Of a DNA stretch of 64,000 bases, positions 30,487 through 39,732 are shown piece after piece (position 1 is the first letter of the stretch; each line of letters opens with the position of its first letter). The notes under the pieces were generated by a model. The model saw only the letters and a list, made by a program, of their open reading frames with translations. It did no database searches and was not told the DNA's origin. The DNA lies in NCBI GenBank assembly GCA_016795425.1, contig JAEUHG010000005.1:29083-93082 (forward strand). Reading direction: 5' to 3'. The translations under genes and the position numbers were made by a program. The stretch comes from Verrucomicrobiales bacterium. Its GTDB lineage: Bacteria > Verrucomicrobiota > Verrucomicrobiia > Limisphaerales > CAIMTB01.

Positions 30487-30515
30487 ACTATTCTAGCGGG
30501 TTTCCGGGGTGTCAA
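30487..30515 (-). promoter_or_regulatory. Sigma70-like promoter of kamA
   Basis: TTGACA at 30515-30510; TAGAAT at 30495-30490 (14 nt spacer) or AATAGT at 17 nt spacer. Confidence 0.45.
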
Positions 30516-30544
30516 GAAACCGGCTGGGCTTGCCCAGTACCCCC

Positions 30545-30778
30545 TCAACAACGGAGACCCGCCTGCGGCCGGCTCGGGAGGCCTCGGTTGTCCTCCTCGA
30601 CGGTGTTCACCAGGGTAGGTCCAACGATGCCTCCGACGACAAAAACTCGATCGTTGGACATCGCCGCGCTGAATGCCCTTCGAGGGCTGATCATGGGCTC
30701 GCGGGTGGCCCAGGAGTTCGCCCCGGGATCAAATTCCTCCACGGCATCGAAGACAATTCTGCTGGGGCCGTCCACGAA
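30545..30778 (-). pseudogene. Kelch-repeat gene remnant (3' fragment)
   Basis: Frame reads DAVEEFDPGANSWATREPMISPRRAFSAAMSNDRVFVVGGIVGPTLVNTVEE, about 1.5 kelch repeats; no credible start of its own. Confidence 0.7.
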
Positions 30779-30779
30779 T

Positions 30780-32285
30780 CTATTCAGAGTGAGAAGGTTG
30801 CTGCCCTCCCCACAACCTCGCTTCCTTGAGTTGGCTGATGAGCAGGGTCGTTCGGCGTGGAAAATAGTCGTTGAGCAACCGTTGAACCTCAGGGCGCCAG
30901 TGATCGTCGCGAGTATAGAGCTCGTAAGGACCTGTCTTGTACGAGTGCGTGTCCCGGCGGTAATCGCCCCAACGCGCCGATTCGGCCACCACCGCGGACT
31001 CAATGGCCGTCGCGAGTTGACGGTAACGGGCTGCCGCACGTCCCGGCGTCAGGACGCCGTCGCCGGTGAGATGCTTCCGCGCGCGTTCGGCGAAGAGTCG
31101 CCGGAATTCCGCGTTCTTTCGCAGCTTGCTGAACAGCCCGGGCGGACTCTCGTCCGCGTCTTGGGACAGCGAACTGTCGGTCGGATTCTCCAGGGTTCGT
31201 TCCCCATCCCAGACGAAGAAGACGAACGGGCCGGCGGGTTGGCGTCGGCGCGCCGCGTACCAGTTCGAGGAACCGTCCCAATCGCCGTTGGCACCATAAG
31301 TGTTGAGCAGCATGTAGTCGGCAAAGGCGGTCAGATCAACGCGTTCCGCCACTTGGGAGTAGGGCTCCGTCTTTTCCAGGTCCGCATTGGCGAGGCGCAT
31401 CAGTTCTTTCCAGGCGATGTCGTCGCCTTCCAGGACGTTGGAGCCATTGCGCACGTCGTAATGACCGGGCTTGCCACCCATGCGCGAGGCGACGAAAGGA
31501 GCGGAGGGGCGTTCGACGATGTTATAGAGGCCCCAGTAGAGACCGCGAAGGAACAGGTGGACGAACCGGCCTCGCGCCGCCGGATGGCCCATGGCGGCAT
31601 GGGTGTCCCGCATCCATTGGTCGCGCAAAAAGTCCCCACGCCGCCGCTCTGCCGCGTCCCAGTGCAGCCAAGTGTTGTTGCAGCCCGCGCGCAGGATGAG
31701 TTCGTCGAATTCCCGGGGTTCATCCTTCCCGAAGAGCGGAAACTCGAATTTCCCGGCGCCGTATCGCTTGCGGAAGATGAGCCGGAACGAGTGCTTTGGG
31801 CTCTCCTCGGGACGGCGGTTCCACCCTCCCTGAATTCGCACCCCGACGGGACAACGGATGAGGGCTGTGCCGTCTTCGCCCACCCATTCCATGATGCCCG
31901 CCCGCTCCCAGGCTGAGCCGGTCTCCAGGGGATGGGAGTAAATGCCGCGGTCTGGACCAAAAAGGTCCGACACCTCGAGATCCATCCGAAGGCTTGGCAA
32001 GGAGCGTAGGCCCGCTGTGAAGGCCTCACGATAGGCCGGATTGCCGGTGATCTCGGGGTCCACCTCGTAATCCGCAGGAACCGGGCGGCCTTCGCGGACC
32101 CCCCAGTTGACCGGAAAGCCGACTGGAGCGGTGCTCTGGCCAATCACTTGGTCGAGGTTGAAAGGTGGGCGTAGCGCCGATGCCTCTGCTGCGGAAAGGC
32201 TGAGGCCTGGGCCGGCCATCGACAGCGCGAGCCACACCAGCACGGTCAGGTGTTTGTATGGCGAGGCGGACAACCAAGTCGGCAT
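30780..32285 (-). CDS. CotH kinase-family secreted protein
   Basis: Signal peptide; GVRIQGG..R...PKHSFRL, LRDQW, FVHLFLRGLYWGLYNIVER, DW...NWY, FFVWDGE. Confidence 0.88.
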   Translation of the reverse strand: MPTWLSASPYKHLTVLVWLALSMAGPGLSLSAAEASALRPPFNLDQVIGQSTAPVGFPVNWGVREGRPVPADYEVDPEITGNPAYREAFTAGLRSLPSLRMDLEVSDLFGPDRGIYSHPLETGSAWERAGIMEWVGEDGTALIRCPVGVRIQGGWNRRPEESPKHSFRLIFRKRYGAGKFEFPLFGKDEPREFDELILRAGCNNTWLHWDAAERRRGDFLRDQWMRDTHAAMGHPAARGRFVHLFLRGLYWGLYNIVERPSAPFVASRMGGKPGHYDVRNGSNVLEGDDIAWKELMRLANADLEKTEPYSQVAERVDLTAFADYMLLNTYGANGDWDGSSNWYAARRRQPAGPFVFFVWDGERTLENPTDSSLSQDADESPPGLFSKLRKNAEFRRLFAERARKHLTGDGVLTPGRAAARYRQLATAIESAVVAESARWGDYRRDTHSYKTGPYELYTRDDHWRPEVQRLLNDYFPRRTTLLISQLKEARLWGGQQPSHSE

Positions 32286-32347
32286 GACTTTGATCTTGAA
32301 ACAGGGCGCTCCCAAGGTCGATCCCCCACGCTGGCACTCCTTCCCGT

Positions 32348-32376
32348 CAATGGGGTCACATCTATATTTTTGATAT
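32348..32376 (+). repeat. Left inverted repeat
   Basis: CAATGGGGTCACATCTATATTTTTGATAT; contains the transposase stop codon. Confidence 0.92.
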
Positions 32377-33414
32377 TTCTTTCACCACCCGACGGACGAA
32401 CGTCGCGCAATCGGAGTCGTGCAAGATACGTGCTTGGATTCGTTTCACTCCCTGTGCTGCCGCTTGATATCGCAGTGTTGGAATCCGGTGGTAGACTTCC
32501 GACAAACCATATCCGGCGTGCCGCACGGCCAGGTAAAGAACCGCGTCTCGTGTCCAGTCTCCGTGTCGCTCGATTGCTTGCTCCCATCTCATCCCGCACT
32601 GCTTTTCCGCCAGGTTCACCAGCCGTTCCCACGGGATCCTCGTGGCACGCGCCAACGCGCGGGCTTCGGTTTGCTCGTCAGGATTAGCGCGAGCCTTTGC
32701 GAGTAGATCTTGGGCGTAGTCGAGATCTCCCAACACGAGGCCTCCGATTATTCCCGCCCACGGATCCTCCAGTTTTCCGTGACGGATCGGCGCCTCGGTG
32801 TACGCCCGCACGGCTGCCGTCCATTCTTTTCGGTTACGACCACCGTTTGCCCGTTGTACCCATCCGGTTTCCATCCACTTAGGCGCGGGTTGTAGACCTC
32901 CGTAAACTCGCCAAGAGCTCCATGCGTACGAGTCCAAAGTGTTCAGCCGTCGCGCAATAAGTTCCGTTCCAGGATCAGGAACTTCGGCGACTCTAGCCCT
33001 GCGTTGATCCTCCTTGGACAGCCCAAGACCGGAAATGCGAACTGGATTGAGATGCAGGTAACGGGCCACCTCGGGCACTTTGGCGGAATCCTGAATGTGG
33101 ATCGCCTTGAAACGACCCTGGAATAGGTGGCCACAGGTTTGGTGGGCCCAGTTGAATCGCATCGCATAGGTCAGCTGTAACCATTGGATTGTCCGACTTA
33201 GGTTGGATTGAAGTGGCCTGATCAGCAGATGGTAATGATTGTCCATGAGGACGAACGCGTGCACTTCAATGCGAAAGCGCTTCGGCAGTTCGGCGAGGCG
33301 CCCCAGAAAAGCACGGCGGTCATCGTCGTTGATGAAGATGGCATCCCGCCGATTACCGCGGTTCACCACGTGAAACCAGCCGCCGGGGACCTCAATGCGC
33401 AAGGGCCGAGCCAT
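32362..33414 (-). CDS. REP-associated tyrosine transposase-like protein (Y1_Tnp) with C-terminal HTH-like extension
   Basis: MARPLRIE..GGWFHVVNRGNRR, HUH motif LMDNHYHLL, GHLFQGRFK, catalytic Tyr RYLHLNPVR, YAWSS. Confidence 0.93.
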   Translation of the reverse strand: MARPLRIEVPGGWFHVVNRGNRRDAIFINDDDRRAFLGRLAELPKRFRIEVHAFVLMDNHYHLLIRPLQSNLSRTIQWLQLTYAMRFNWAHQTCGHLFQGRFKAIHIQDSAKVPEVARYLHLNPVRISGLGLSKEDQRRARVAEVPDPGTELIARRLNTLDSYAWSSWRVYGGLQPAPKWMETGWVQRANGGRNRKEWTAAVRAYTEAPIRHGKLEDPWAGIIGGLVLGDLDYAQDLLAKARANPDEQTEARALARATRIPWERLVNLAEKQCGMRWEQAIERHGDWTRDAVLYLAVRHAGYGLSEVYHRIPTLRYQAAAQGVKRIQARILHDSDCATFVRRVVKEISKI

Positions 33415-33442
33415 GCGGTGAGAGTGAGGAAATGCCACCAAT

Positions 33443-33471
33443 ATATCAAAACTTTAGATGTGACCCCATTG
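33443..33471 (-). repeat. Right inverted repeat
   Basis: ATATCAAAACTTTAGATGTGACCCCATTG; reverse complement of the left repeat with 2 mismatches. Confidence 0.92.
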
Positions 33472-34052
33472 TTCCGATTTGGATAGTCGCTGAGTTGTTC
33501 GCCGATTCGGGCAACTCCTTGCGGCACGAGTTGTCCAATCCCATTGAGCACTTCATTCGTGGAATGCTTCCGCACGTCGCGCCTCTGGACGCCGAATGCA
33601 TCGAAGGCGGATTCAGTGCGTCCGGCCTTCACGAAGTAGACGTCAAACACCCAGTTGAGCTGCAGGATTTGACGGCGGCCCCGGGTCGGTTCCTTGCGCA
33701 AACGAAAGTCTTCGCGTTGCACTCTGCCGCCACCACGGCAGGGGCAGTACCTGGAAGGATCGTAGGTGACGCCTAGGAATCCAAGATCGCCGGACGGCTC
33801 CGGATATCCCTGGTGCGATCTTGGTCGGACCACGAGAAAGTCTGCTTCAGCCAATTCGTAATCTTCGAAAGTGGTTTCCGCCAAACTACATGCCTGCCAT
33901 GCGGTGAACCTCGCCTCCAACAATGGCCAGAATGGATGGGAGTCCTCAACCAGGAGAGTTTGCGCTCCAAGTTCGACGACAAGGCCGAGGTCGGCCAATG
34001 CTGAGCGCTTGGCCTGATCAACGAACAGGGTCACTCGGTGCGTAATCCTCAT
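33472..34052 (-). pseudogene. Hypothetical gene apparently truncated at the element's right inverted repeat
   Basis: Protein-like ORF (GYPEPSGDLGFLGVTYD..YCPC..Q..FRLRKEP..ILQLNWVFD) reads through the IR and stops only inside the transposase gene at 33363. Confidence 0.55.
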
Positions 34053-34161
34053 TCAAGTCTGGGCTCTGCATGGACCCTTGGACTTCCTCGGTGGAGCGAC
34101 CTCTCCGAGGGCGTCTCATTCTGGAATCGGCGCGCTCGGCGCGTCCCCCCGCAGTCCCGAA

Positions 34162-35472
34162 CTAAACCTCGTCCAACGGCCGCGTTGCATCACCAAATTT
34201 GCCAGGGCGGATGCCCATCTTGTCCATGATGGACAGATACAGGCGGCACATCTGGCGATCGGGCTTGTCCTTATAGTCGAGCACTCGGCCGCCTTGGACT
34301 TTGCCGCCGCCGCCGCCAACCATGACCACGGGGAGTTGGTTGGCGTCGTGGTTGCCGGTTAGCATGCTCGACAGGAAGACGATCATGGAATTGTCGAGAG
34401 CGCTGCGGCCGCCTTCATCAATGGCGTCCAAGCGCCGGGCGATGTAGGCGAGTTGCTCGACAAAGAACTGGTTCACCTTCAGCCAATCGGCGGTGTCGGA
34501 ATGGCTGAGCAGGTGGTGAATCATGTAATCGACGCCGAGATGCGGGAAGCGCAGGGAACTGTGGTCGTTGTTGAGCTTCAGGGTGCAGAGCCGAGTCGTG
34601 TCGGTCTGGAACGCCAGCACGAGGATGTCGCACATCAGTCGCATGTGCTCGGCGATGTTCTGCGGGATGCCGTCGGCGGGACGCGGACGATCAGGCTGAG
34701 TGAGGGTAGGCCGCCATCCCTGAAGCTCGCCTTTGTTGCCGGCTTGTTCGAGTCGGCGTTCCACGTCGCGCACGGACTCGAGATACTCGTCGAGCTTCTG
34801 CTGGTCGTTGGCGCTGACGTTGCGGCGGAGGTCGTTGGCTTCGGAAAGGACGGCGTCGAGGACGGATTTGTCACCTTTGCGCACCTCGTCCTTGAAGAGG
34901 CGATCAAAGGCGAGGGCGGGATAGATTTCGAGGGGTGTGGGAGTGGTGGGAGAGCTCCACGAGATGTGGGAGCTGTAGAGCATCGAGTAGTTCTTGTGGA
35001 CGGAGGGGTTCGATTTTTCGCAGCCAAGGACCAGGCTGGGGACCTTGGTGGAGGCGCCGTAGCGTTGGGCGAGGAACTGGTCGATGCTGGTACCCGAGCG
35101 AATCTCACCGCCGGAGGCGAGGGGGGCTCCGGAAAGCAGGTTGCCGGTCTGCGAGCTGTGGATGTTCCCTTTGAGAGCCTCCTCGTTGTAGAGCCCGCGA
35201 ATGAAGAGCAGGTCCTTCTTGAAATCGGTCAGCGGTTCGAGCACGCGGCCGAGCTCCATCTGTTCGCCCTCGCCCCTGGCCCACCATTCCTTGCTGTGAA
35301 ATCCGTTGCCGGCGAAGAGCACGGCCAGTCGGACGGGCGCTTCGCTGGCGGCTTGGGTCGTCACGACGGTGTCGCCCCAGACGCGCACCGATTCGAGCCA
35401 GGGCAAGGCCATGGAGACGCCGAGTCCGCGGAGCAGGGTCCGGCGGGAGAAGTTGTGCTGGGGGAGGTTCAT
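34162..35472 (-). CDS. DUF1552-family (Tat-exported) protein
   Basis: SRRTLLRGLGVSMALPWLES, SIDQ, ISWSSPTTP, SVLDAV, KLDEYLESVRDVERR, LAFQTDTTR, HHLLSH. Confidence 0.9.
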   Translation of the reverse strand: MNLPQHNFSRRTLLRGLGVSMALPWLESVRVWGDTVVTTQAASEAPVRLAVLFAGNGFHSKEWWARGEGEQMELGRVLEPLTDFKKDLLFIRGLYNEEALKGNIHSSQTGNLLSGAPLASGGEIRSGTSIDQFLAQRYGASTKVPSLVLGCEKSNPSVHKNYSMLYSSHISWSSPTTPTPLEIYPALAFDRLFKDEVRKGDKSVLDAVLSEANDLRRNVSANDQQKLDEYLESVRDVERRLEQAGNKGELQGWRPTLTQPDRPRPADGIPQNIAEHMRLMCDILVLAFQTDTTRLCTLKLNNDHSSLRFPHLGVDYMIHHLLSHSDTADWLKVNQFFVEQLAYIARRLDAIDEGGRSALDNSMIVFLSSMLTGNHDANQLPVVMVGGGGGKVQGGRVLDYKDKPDRQMCRLYLSIMDKMGIRPGKFGDATRPLDEV

Positions 35473-35476
35473 GGAC

Positions 35477-38400
35477 TCAATGATCGACGGGATGATCTTT
35501 GGCGCGAATCTCGCGGAATTGTCGACTCCGCACAATGGTCTCCACGGCGTCGGCGATCCCGGATCCCGGGGTCTCGAGTCGGGTGCGCAATTCCTCGAGC
35601 AACGGGTTATCGGTGAGAATCACGGCACGACCGAGGGCGTAGCCGAGAAGTTTGCGGGAGAATTGGCGGATGAAGGCTTCCCGGCGTTTGATCAGCAGGT
35701 ACTGGCGCAGGCCATCGATCCCTTCAAATTCGGCGCCATCGGCGGTCTTGGCCTTGGTGGCGATGGGCCTATCCGCCAAGTCACGGTTCCGGTGGCGTCC
35801 GATGGCATCAAAGGCCTCAAGAGCGAATCCGTAGGGATCAATGCGCACGTGGCAGCCGGCGCAGCGCGGGTCCTGACTATGGCGCTCGACGAGTTGGCGC
35901 ACGGTCTGACCTTCGGTGGCGGCTTCATCTTCGGGCAGGCGTGGTACGTCCTTGGGCGGCCGGGGCAGGCGCTCGCCGAGCAGCACTTCGCTGACCCAGT
36001 TTCCGCGCAGGATGGGGCTGGTGCGGGAGGCGCCGGATTGCTTGGCGAGGGTGGCGGCGAGTCCGAGAATTCCGCCGCGACTCAGTTTTCGGGCGCCTTC
36101 GATGCGGTGCCAGGCGTTGGTGTCGGCATCGGACCAATTCGTGATGCCGTAGTATTCCGCCAGGGCTCGATTGACGTGGAGAAAGTCCGAGTCCAGGAGA
36201 TCGGAGACCGGCCGGTTGTGTTGGAAGAAGTCCGTGAAGAACAGGATCGCCTCCTCGTAGATTGGGCCGCGCATGGCGAGGAACTGGGGGAAGTGGCGTT
36301 CGCTCTTTTCGTCGAGCGCATCGAAGTCGCGGATATGGAGCCATTGGCAGCCGAACTCGATGGCGAGGCGGCGGATTCTTGGGTCCTGGAGCAGTCGTCG
36401 GGATTCTGACGCAAGCGTGTCGGGCTCGTGGAGGCGTCCGGCGGCGGCGAGGGAAAGGAGGCGTTGGTCCGGGGCGGATGACCACAGGAAGTAGCTGAGG
36501 CGGGTGGCCAACTCCCAATCGGAGACGGGGGCGGTACTGGTTCCCGGGGGAGTTTCCTCGGCGCGATAGAGGAAGGCAGGAGAAACCAGGATTCGGGCCA
36601 GGGTCGTGCGGAAGGCTTCCTCGTGAGGCAATTCCTGGTCACGCAGGTTCTGGTAGAGTGCCCGAAGGTCGGCGGATTCGGCGGACTTGAGAGGGCGGCG
36701 GTAGGCTCGGCCCGCGAAGGCGAGCAGCGCGTCCAATTGGCGGGGTTCGGCTTCGACCAACTGCTGTTTGAACGCGGCGGCACGTTGACGAATGGGTTCG
36801 CGGAGAGGCTCGAACACCTTCGGATCGGCGTCCTGAGTCGCGTATTCCATCAACTGCGCATAGGCATCCACCAAGGTCAGCGCGTCCTGACTCACGAAGC
36901 GCAACTGCATCCAGAGGCGATCCAATGCAGCGGATTCGGCGTCGTCGAGAATGAGGCGGCGCAGCGGTTCGTCTTCTCGATGATACAAGGTAAGGGTCAC
37001 CACTTCATCGACAGGAACGATGCGGGTGTAACAGAGGGCGGCGGGGAAGGTCTGGCGAAAAGCCTGGAAGTCCGCCTCCAGTCGGAGTCGGCCAGCGGAT
37101 CCTTCGGCCGCGAGGAAGGGAAGGCTCGGGTCGGGCGAGCGGACACTTGGCGCCGGTTTCTGCGGATCAATGACCATGGCCTGGATCTGCGCGGTGCCTT
37201 CGGGACCGGCAGTCGCGTGAAGGCCGACGGTGGCCACAAAGTCGCGGTCCTCGGCGAGATCAGCAGGGATACGGCATTCCACGACCGTTGGGGCTTGGAG
37301 CACGAGGTGATGCGGATCCACTACGGATCCGTCCGGGCTCCGGCCAAAGAGCGCGGGATTTAGGCCGGGAAGAGTCGATGCCTCTGCGTTGGGTACCAAT
37401 GACTCGTCATCGGGGCGAGACTGCAAAGCACGGAGCAAGGGGCCATTGGCGGAGAGCAGTTGGCGACGCAGCCGAACGTCGGCGCTGGGTTGATCGGTTG
37501 ATGAGGACGGCGACTGACTCAGCAGCGTTACGAGGGCGGCGGCCAATTCAGTGCGCTTCGGGCCATCGGCGTTCGCTTGCCACTGGGCGAGCAGTGAACC
37601 TGGTGGGACCCCGGGATCCGGCCGGCCGATTTCTGTGATGGGTTCCGAGTAGAAGTGCCAGACGCCGTCGTGGCCCAGGCTGTCCGCGTGAGGGTTCGCT
37701 TGGGTGACCCGAGGGGAGACGTCTTTGGCGAGGTTCCAGATGGCGGATTCGGGATTCCCGGCGTCGGCGACGGCGGCGATCTCCAACTCGATCGCGGTGA
37801 GATCGCAGGCGTGGTTACCATCGCGCGGGCCAACGAGAACGGAAAGAAGGTCGCCCGGGAGCACGCGCAGGTCGTCGATGACCCGTGCCGGCGCAGGTTT
37901 GGATCCCTGAACGGTTCCGGCGTCGAGCCGGCGTCGCGTCGGCCCGCGACGGAGCTCGATCGCCCAGGTGACGCCGTTGCCGCATTCGGGATGAGCGTGG
38001 GTGAAGATTGCTTTCACGCGAACGGTTCTGGCGACCGGGCTCAGCCAGCCGACGGCGACATTCCGGTCGGGCGCGGGATGGATGGCGACCCCATGCGCCG
38101 GGAGGTTTCCTGGAATGCGAACGGCGGCGTCGGACGCATTGGCGGCGAGGTTCGGTGTTTCGGGGCGTCCCCAACCGGTTACGAAGTCATGCCCGCCGAC
38201 ATTCTGGAGACGATTGGTGAAGAGCCCTGTGATTTGGACTGCGGCTTGGGGACCGACGCCGAGATAATCCAACCAAGCGCCGAGCAGGTTGGGGTCGAGG
38301 CCGCGTTGCTGAGCGATCACGGCGCGATCCTCGACGGGTCGAGAGGTCGAGCCTGAGGCGTTAAAGGACTGTTCAATGTCGTGGACCGCCGCCAGGTACT

Positions 38401-39706
38401 GCGGGACTGTGGCCACGAGATTCGAACGATGACGGGTTAGGGCAGCGGCCACTCTTCGCACATCGCGCAGGGGAAGGTCAGGTTGGCCTGGGGCGGAGAG
38501 GCGAGGGTTTCGCCAGGTCACGACGTCTCCGGCGCTGCCATCGCCAGCGTTAGCGACGGTGAGGCGAAGCGTGACGGTGCCGTCGACGGGCGCGTTGGTG
38601 AGGCGAACGCGGATTTCCTGTTGGGAGACCAAAGGGTCCACGGGTTCCATCCACGCTTTGGGTCCCCCCACTTTGCCGATGTGCCCGACGCTGCGGAAGG
38701 CCCACAACGCCTGTTGCCATTCCGCGATCGGTTCGGCGATTCGGGGCGCCTCTGGGGAGGGGCTGCGAAGTTGGGCGCGGGCGGCGTCCAGGGTAATCGA
38801 TTGTCGATCCTCGTTCAGGACATGGAACAGGGTTCGAAGGTATTTCGGGCTGAGTCCGGCATTTTGGGCGGCGGCCTCGATGCGGTCGGGGGCGGAGTTG
38901 GGTGCCGTCTGGAGTCCGATCAACGCGGTGAAATAGCGATCGAGAGGCAGGCGACCGCCCTCGTTGGTGTCCCAGGTGAGGCCTTGAAGTTGGACCCGCG
39001 TGGCGCCGCGGGCGTCGGTGTGGCGTCGGTAGAGAGCACGAATTTGGCCGACGATCTCATCGGTCCAATCACGGCGCGATGTGCTTTCGTCGAAGCGGAA
39101 GCCGTCGGGTAGGAGGACGGCGTGATTGGCGAGGTCCCGGGCGGCGTCGAGGTATTTGACCAAGAGGGAAGGCGACATGACCAGGGCCTGGCCGGTGTTC
39201 ATGAAACCTTCGCCGGCGGCGCCGTCGACGGGAAATTCCCGGGCGGGGTCGAGGGAGGGCACCTCGGTGAGATCGCGCAGAGTGTAGGTGTATTCGGCGT
39301 TGGAGAGGCGGCGGAGGATGACGGGGCCGGGGTCACCGGCACGGTCCTTGGCCAGGTCGGAGAGTAATTGCGCGACCCATTGCGAGAGGCGATCCCGTTG
39401 TTCGGCGGATGGTTGGTGATGATCGGGCGGGGGCATCGCGCCCTGGGAGAGTTGGTCCGCCACTGATTGCCAGACTTCGGGTTCACGGCGGACATCGGTC
39501 TGGGATTGAAAGCGTTCGAGGTCGAGGTCGCCCTTGTGCTTCTCGGTCGAATGGCAGTCCAGGCAGTGTTGTTGGAGGATCGGGAGGATGTCGCGGGAGT
39601 AGTCTTCGGCTGGGGAGGAAAGGGTGAGGCCCAATAGGAGGAGACCTAAGGGACGCAAGCGACCTAGGGGACCAAAGCGATGGGGGAACGGGACTTGGAT
39701 GCCCAT
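35477..39706 (-). CDS. Planctomycete-type cytochrome c / DUF1587-1595-1592-1588-1585 multidomain protein
   Basis: Heme motifs CLDCH and CAGCH; RRLSNAEYTYTLRDL, RAYRRPL, ELATRLSYFLWSSAPD, TSPILRGNWV, YALGR. Confidence 0.9.
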   Translation of the reverse strand: MGIQVPFPHRFGPLGRLRPLGLLLLGLTLSSPAEDYSRDILPILQQHCLDCHSTEKHKGDLDLERFQSQTDVRREPEVWQSVADQLSQGAMPPPDHHQPSAEQRDRLSQWVAQLLSDLAKDRAGDPGPVILRRLSNAEYTYTLRDLTEVPSLDPAREFPVDGAAGEGFMNTGQALVMSPSLLVKYLDAARDLANHAVLLPDGFRFDESTSRRDWTDEIVGQIRALYRRHTDARGATRVQLQGLTWDTNEGGRLPLDRYFTALIGLQTAPNSAPDRIEAAAQNAGLSPKYLRTLFHVLNEDRQSITLDAARAQLRSPSPEAPRIAEPIAEWQQALWAFRSVGHIGKVGGPKAWMEPVDPLVSQQEIRVRLTNAPVDGTVTLRLTVANAGDGSAGDVVTWRNPRLSAPGQPDLPLRDVRRVAAALTRHRSNLVATVPQYLAAVHDIEQSFNASGSTSRPVEDRAVIAQQRGLDPNLLGAWLDYLGVGPQAAVQITGLFTNRLQNVGGHDFVTGWGRPETPNLAANASDAAVRIPGNLPAHGVAIHPAPDRNVAVGWLSPVARTVRVKAIFTHAHPECGNGVTWAIELRRGPTRRRLDAGTVQGSKPAPARVIDDLRVLPGDLLSVLVGPRDGNHACDLTAIELEIAAVADAGNPESAIWNLAKDVSPRVTQANPHADSLGHDGVWHFYSEPITEIGRPDPGVPPGSLLAQWQANADGPKRTELAAALVTLLSQSPSSSTDQPSADVRLRRQLLSANGPLLRALQSRPDDESLVPNAEASTLPGLNPALFGRSPDGSVVDPHHLVLQAPTVVECRIPADLAEDRDFVATVGLHATAGPEGTAQIQAMVIDPQKPAPSVRSPDPSLPFLAAEGSAGRLRLEADFQAFRQTFPAALCYTRIVPVDEVVTLTLYHREDEPLRRLILDDAESAALDRLWMQLRFVSQDALTLVDAYAQLMEYATQDADPKVFEPLREPIRQRAAAFKQQLVEAEPRQLDALLAFAGRAYRRPLKSAESADLRALYQNLRDQELPHEEAFRTTLARILVSPAFLYRAEETPPGTSTAPVSDWELATRLSYFLWSSAPDQRLLSLAAAGRLHEPDTLASESRRLLQDPRIRRLAIEFGCQWLHIRDFDALDEKSERHFPQFLAMRGPIYEEAILFFTDFFQHNRPVSDLLDSDFLHVNRALAEYYGITNWSDADTNAWHRIEGARKLSRGGILGLAATLAKQSGASRTSPILRGNWVSEVLLGERLPRPPKDVPRLPEDEAATEGQTVRQLVERHSQDPRCAGCHVRIDPYGFALEAFDAIGRHRNRDLADRPIATKAKTADGAEFEGIDGLRQYLLIKRREAFIRQFSRKLLGYALGRAVILTDNPLLEELRTRLETPGSGIADAVETIVRSRQFREIRAKDHPVDH

Positions 39707-39732
39707 TTTTACACCGGTGCGAGGGGTGGGGT

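Larger units (their letters stand above)
32348..33471. mobile_element. HUH/Y1 (RAYT-type) transposase element bounded by inverted repeats
   Basis: 29 bp inverted repeats (27/29 identical) enclose a single transposase gene; locally more AT-rich than the flanks. Confidence 0.8.

Noticed and set aside
34086-34140. Degenerate REP-like palindrome (CCTCGG..CCGAGG) near the RAYT element
   Set aside because: Single short imperfect copy, unrelated to the element's repeats; cannot be distinguished from a chance GC hairpin.
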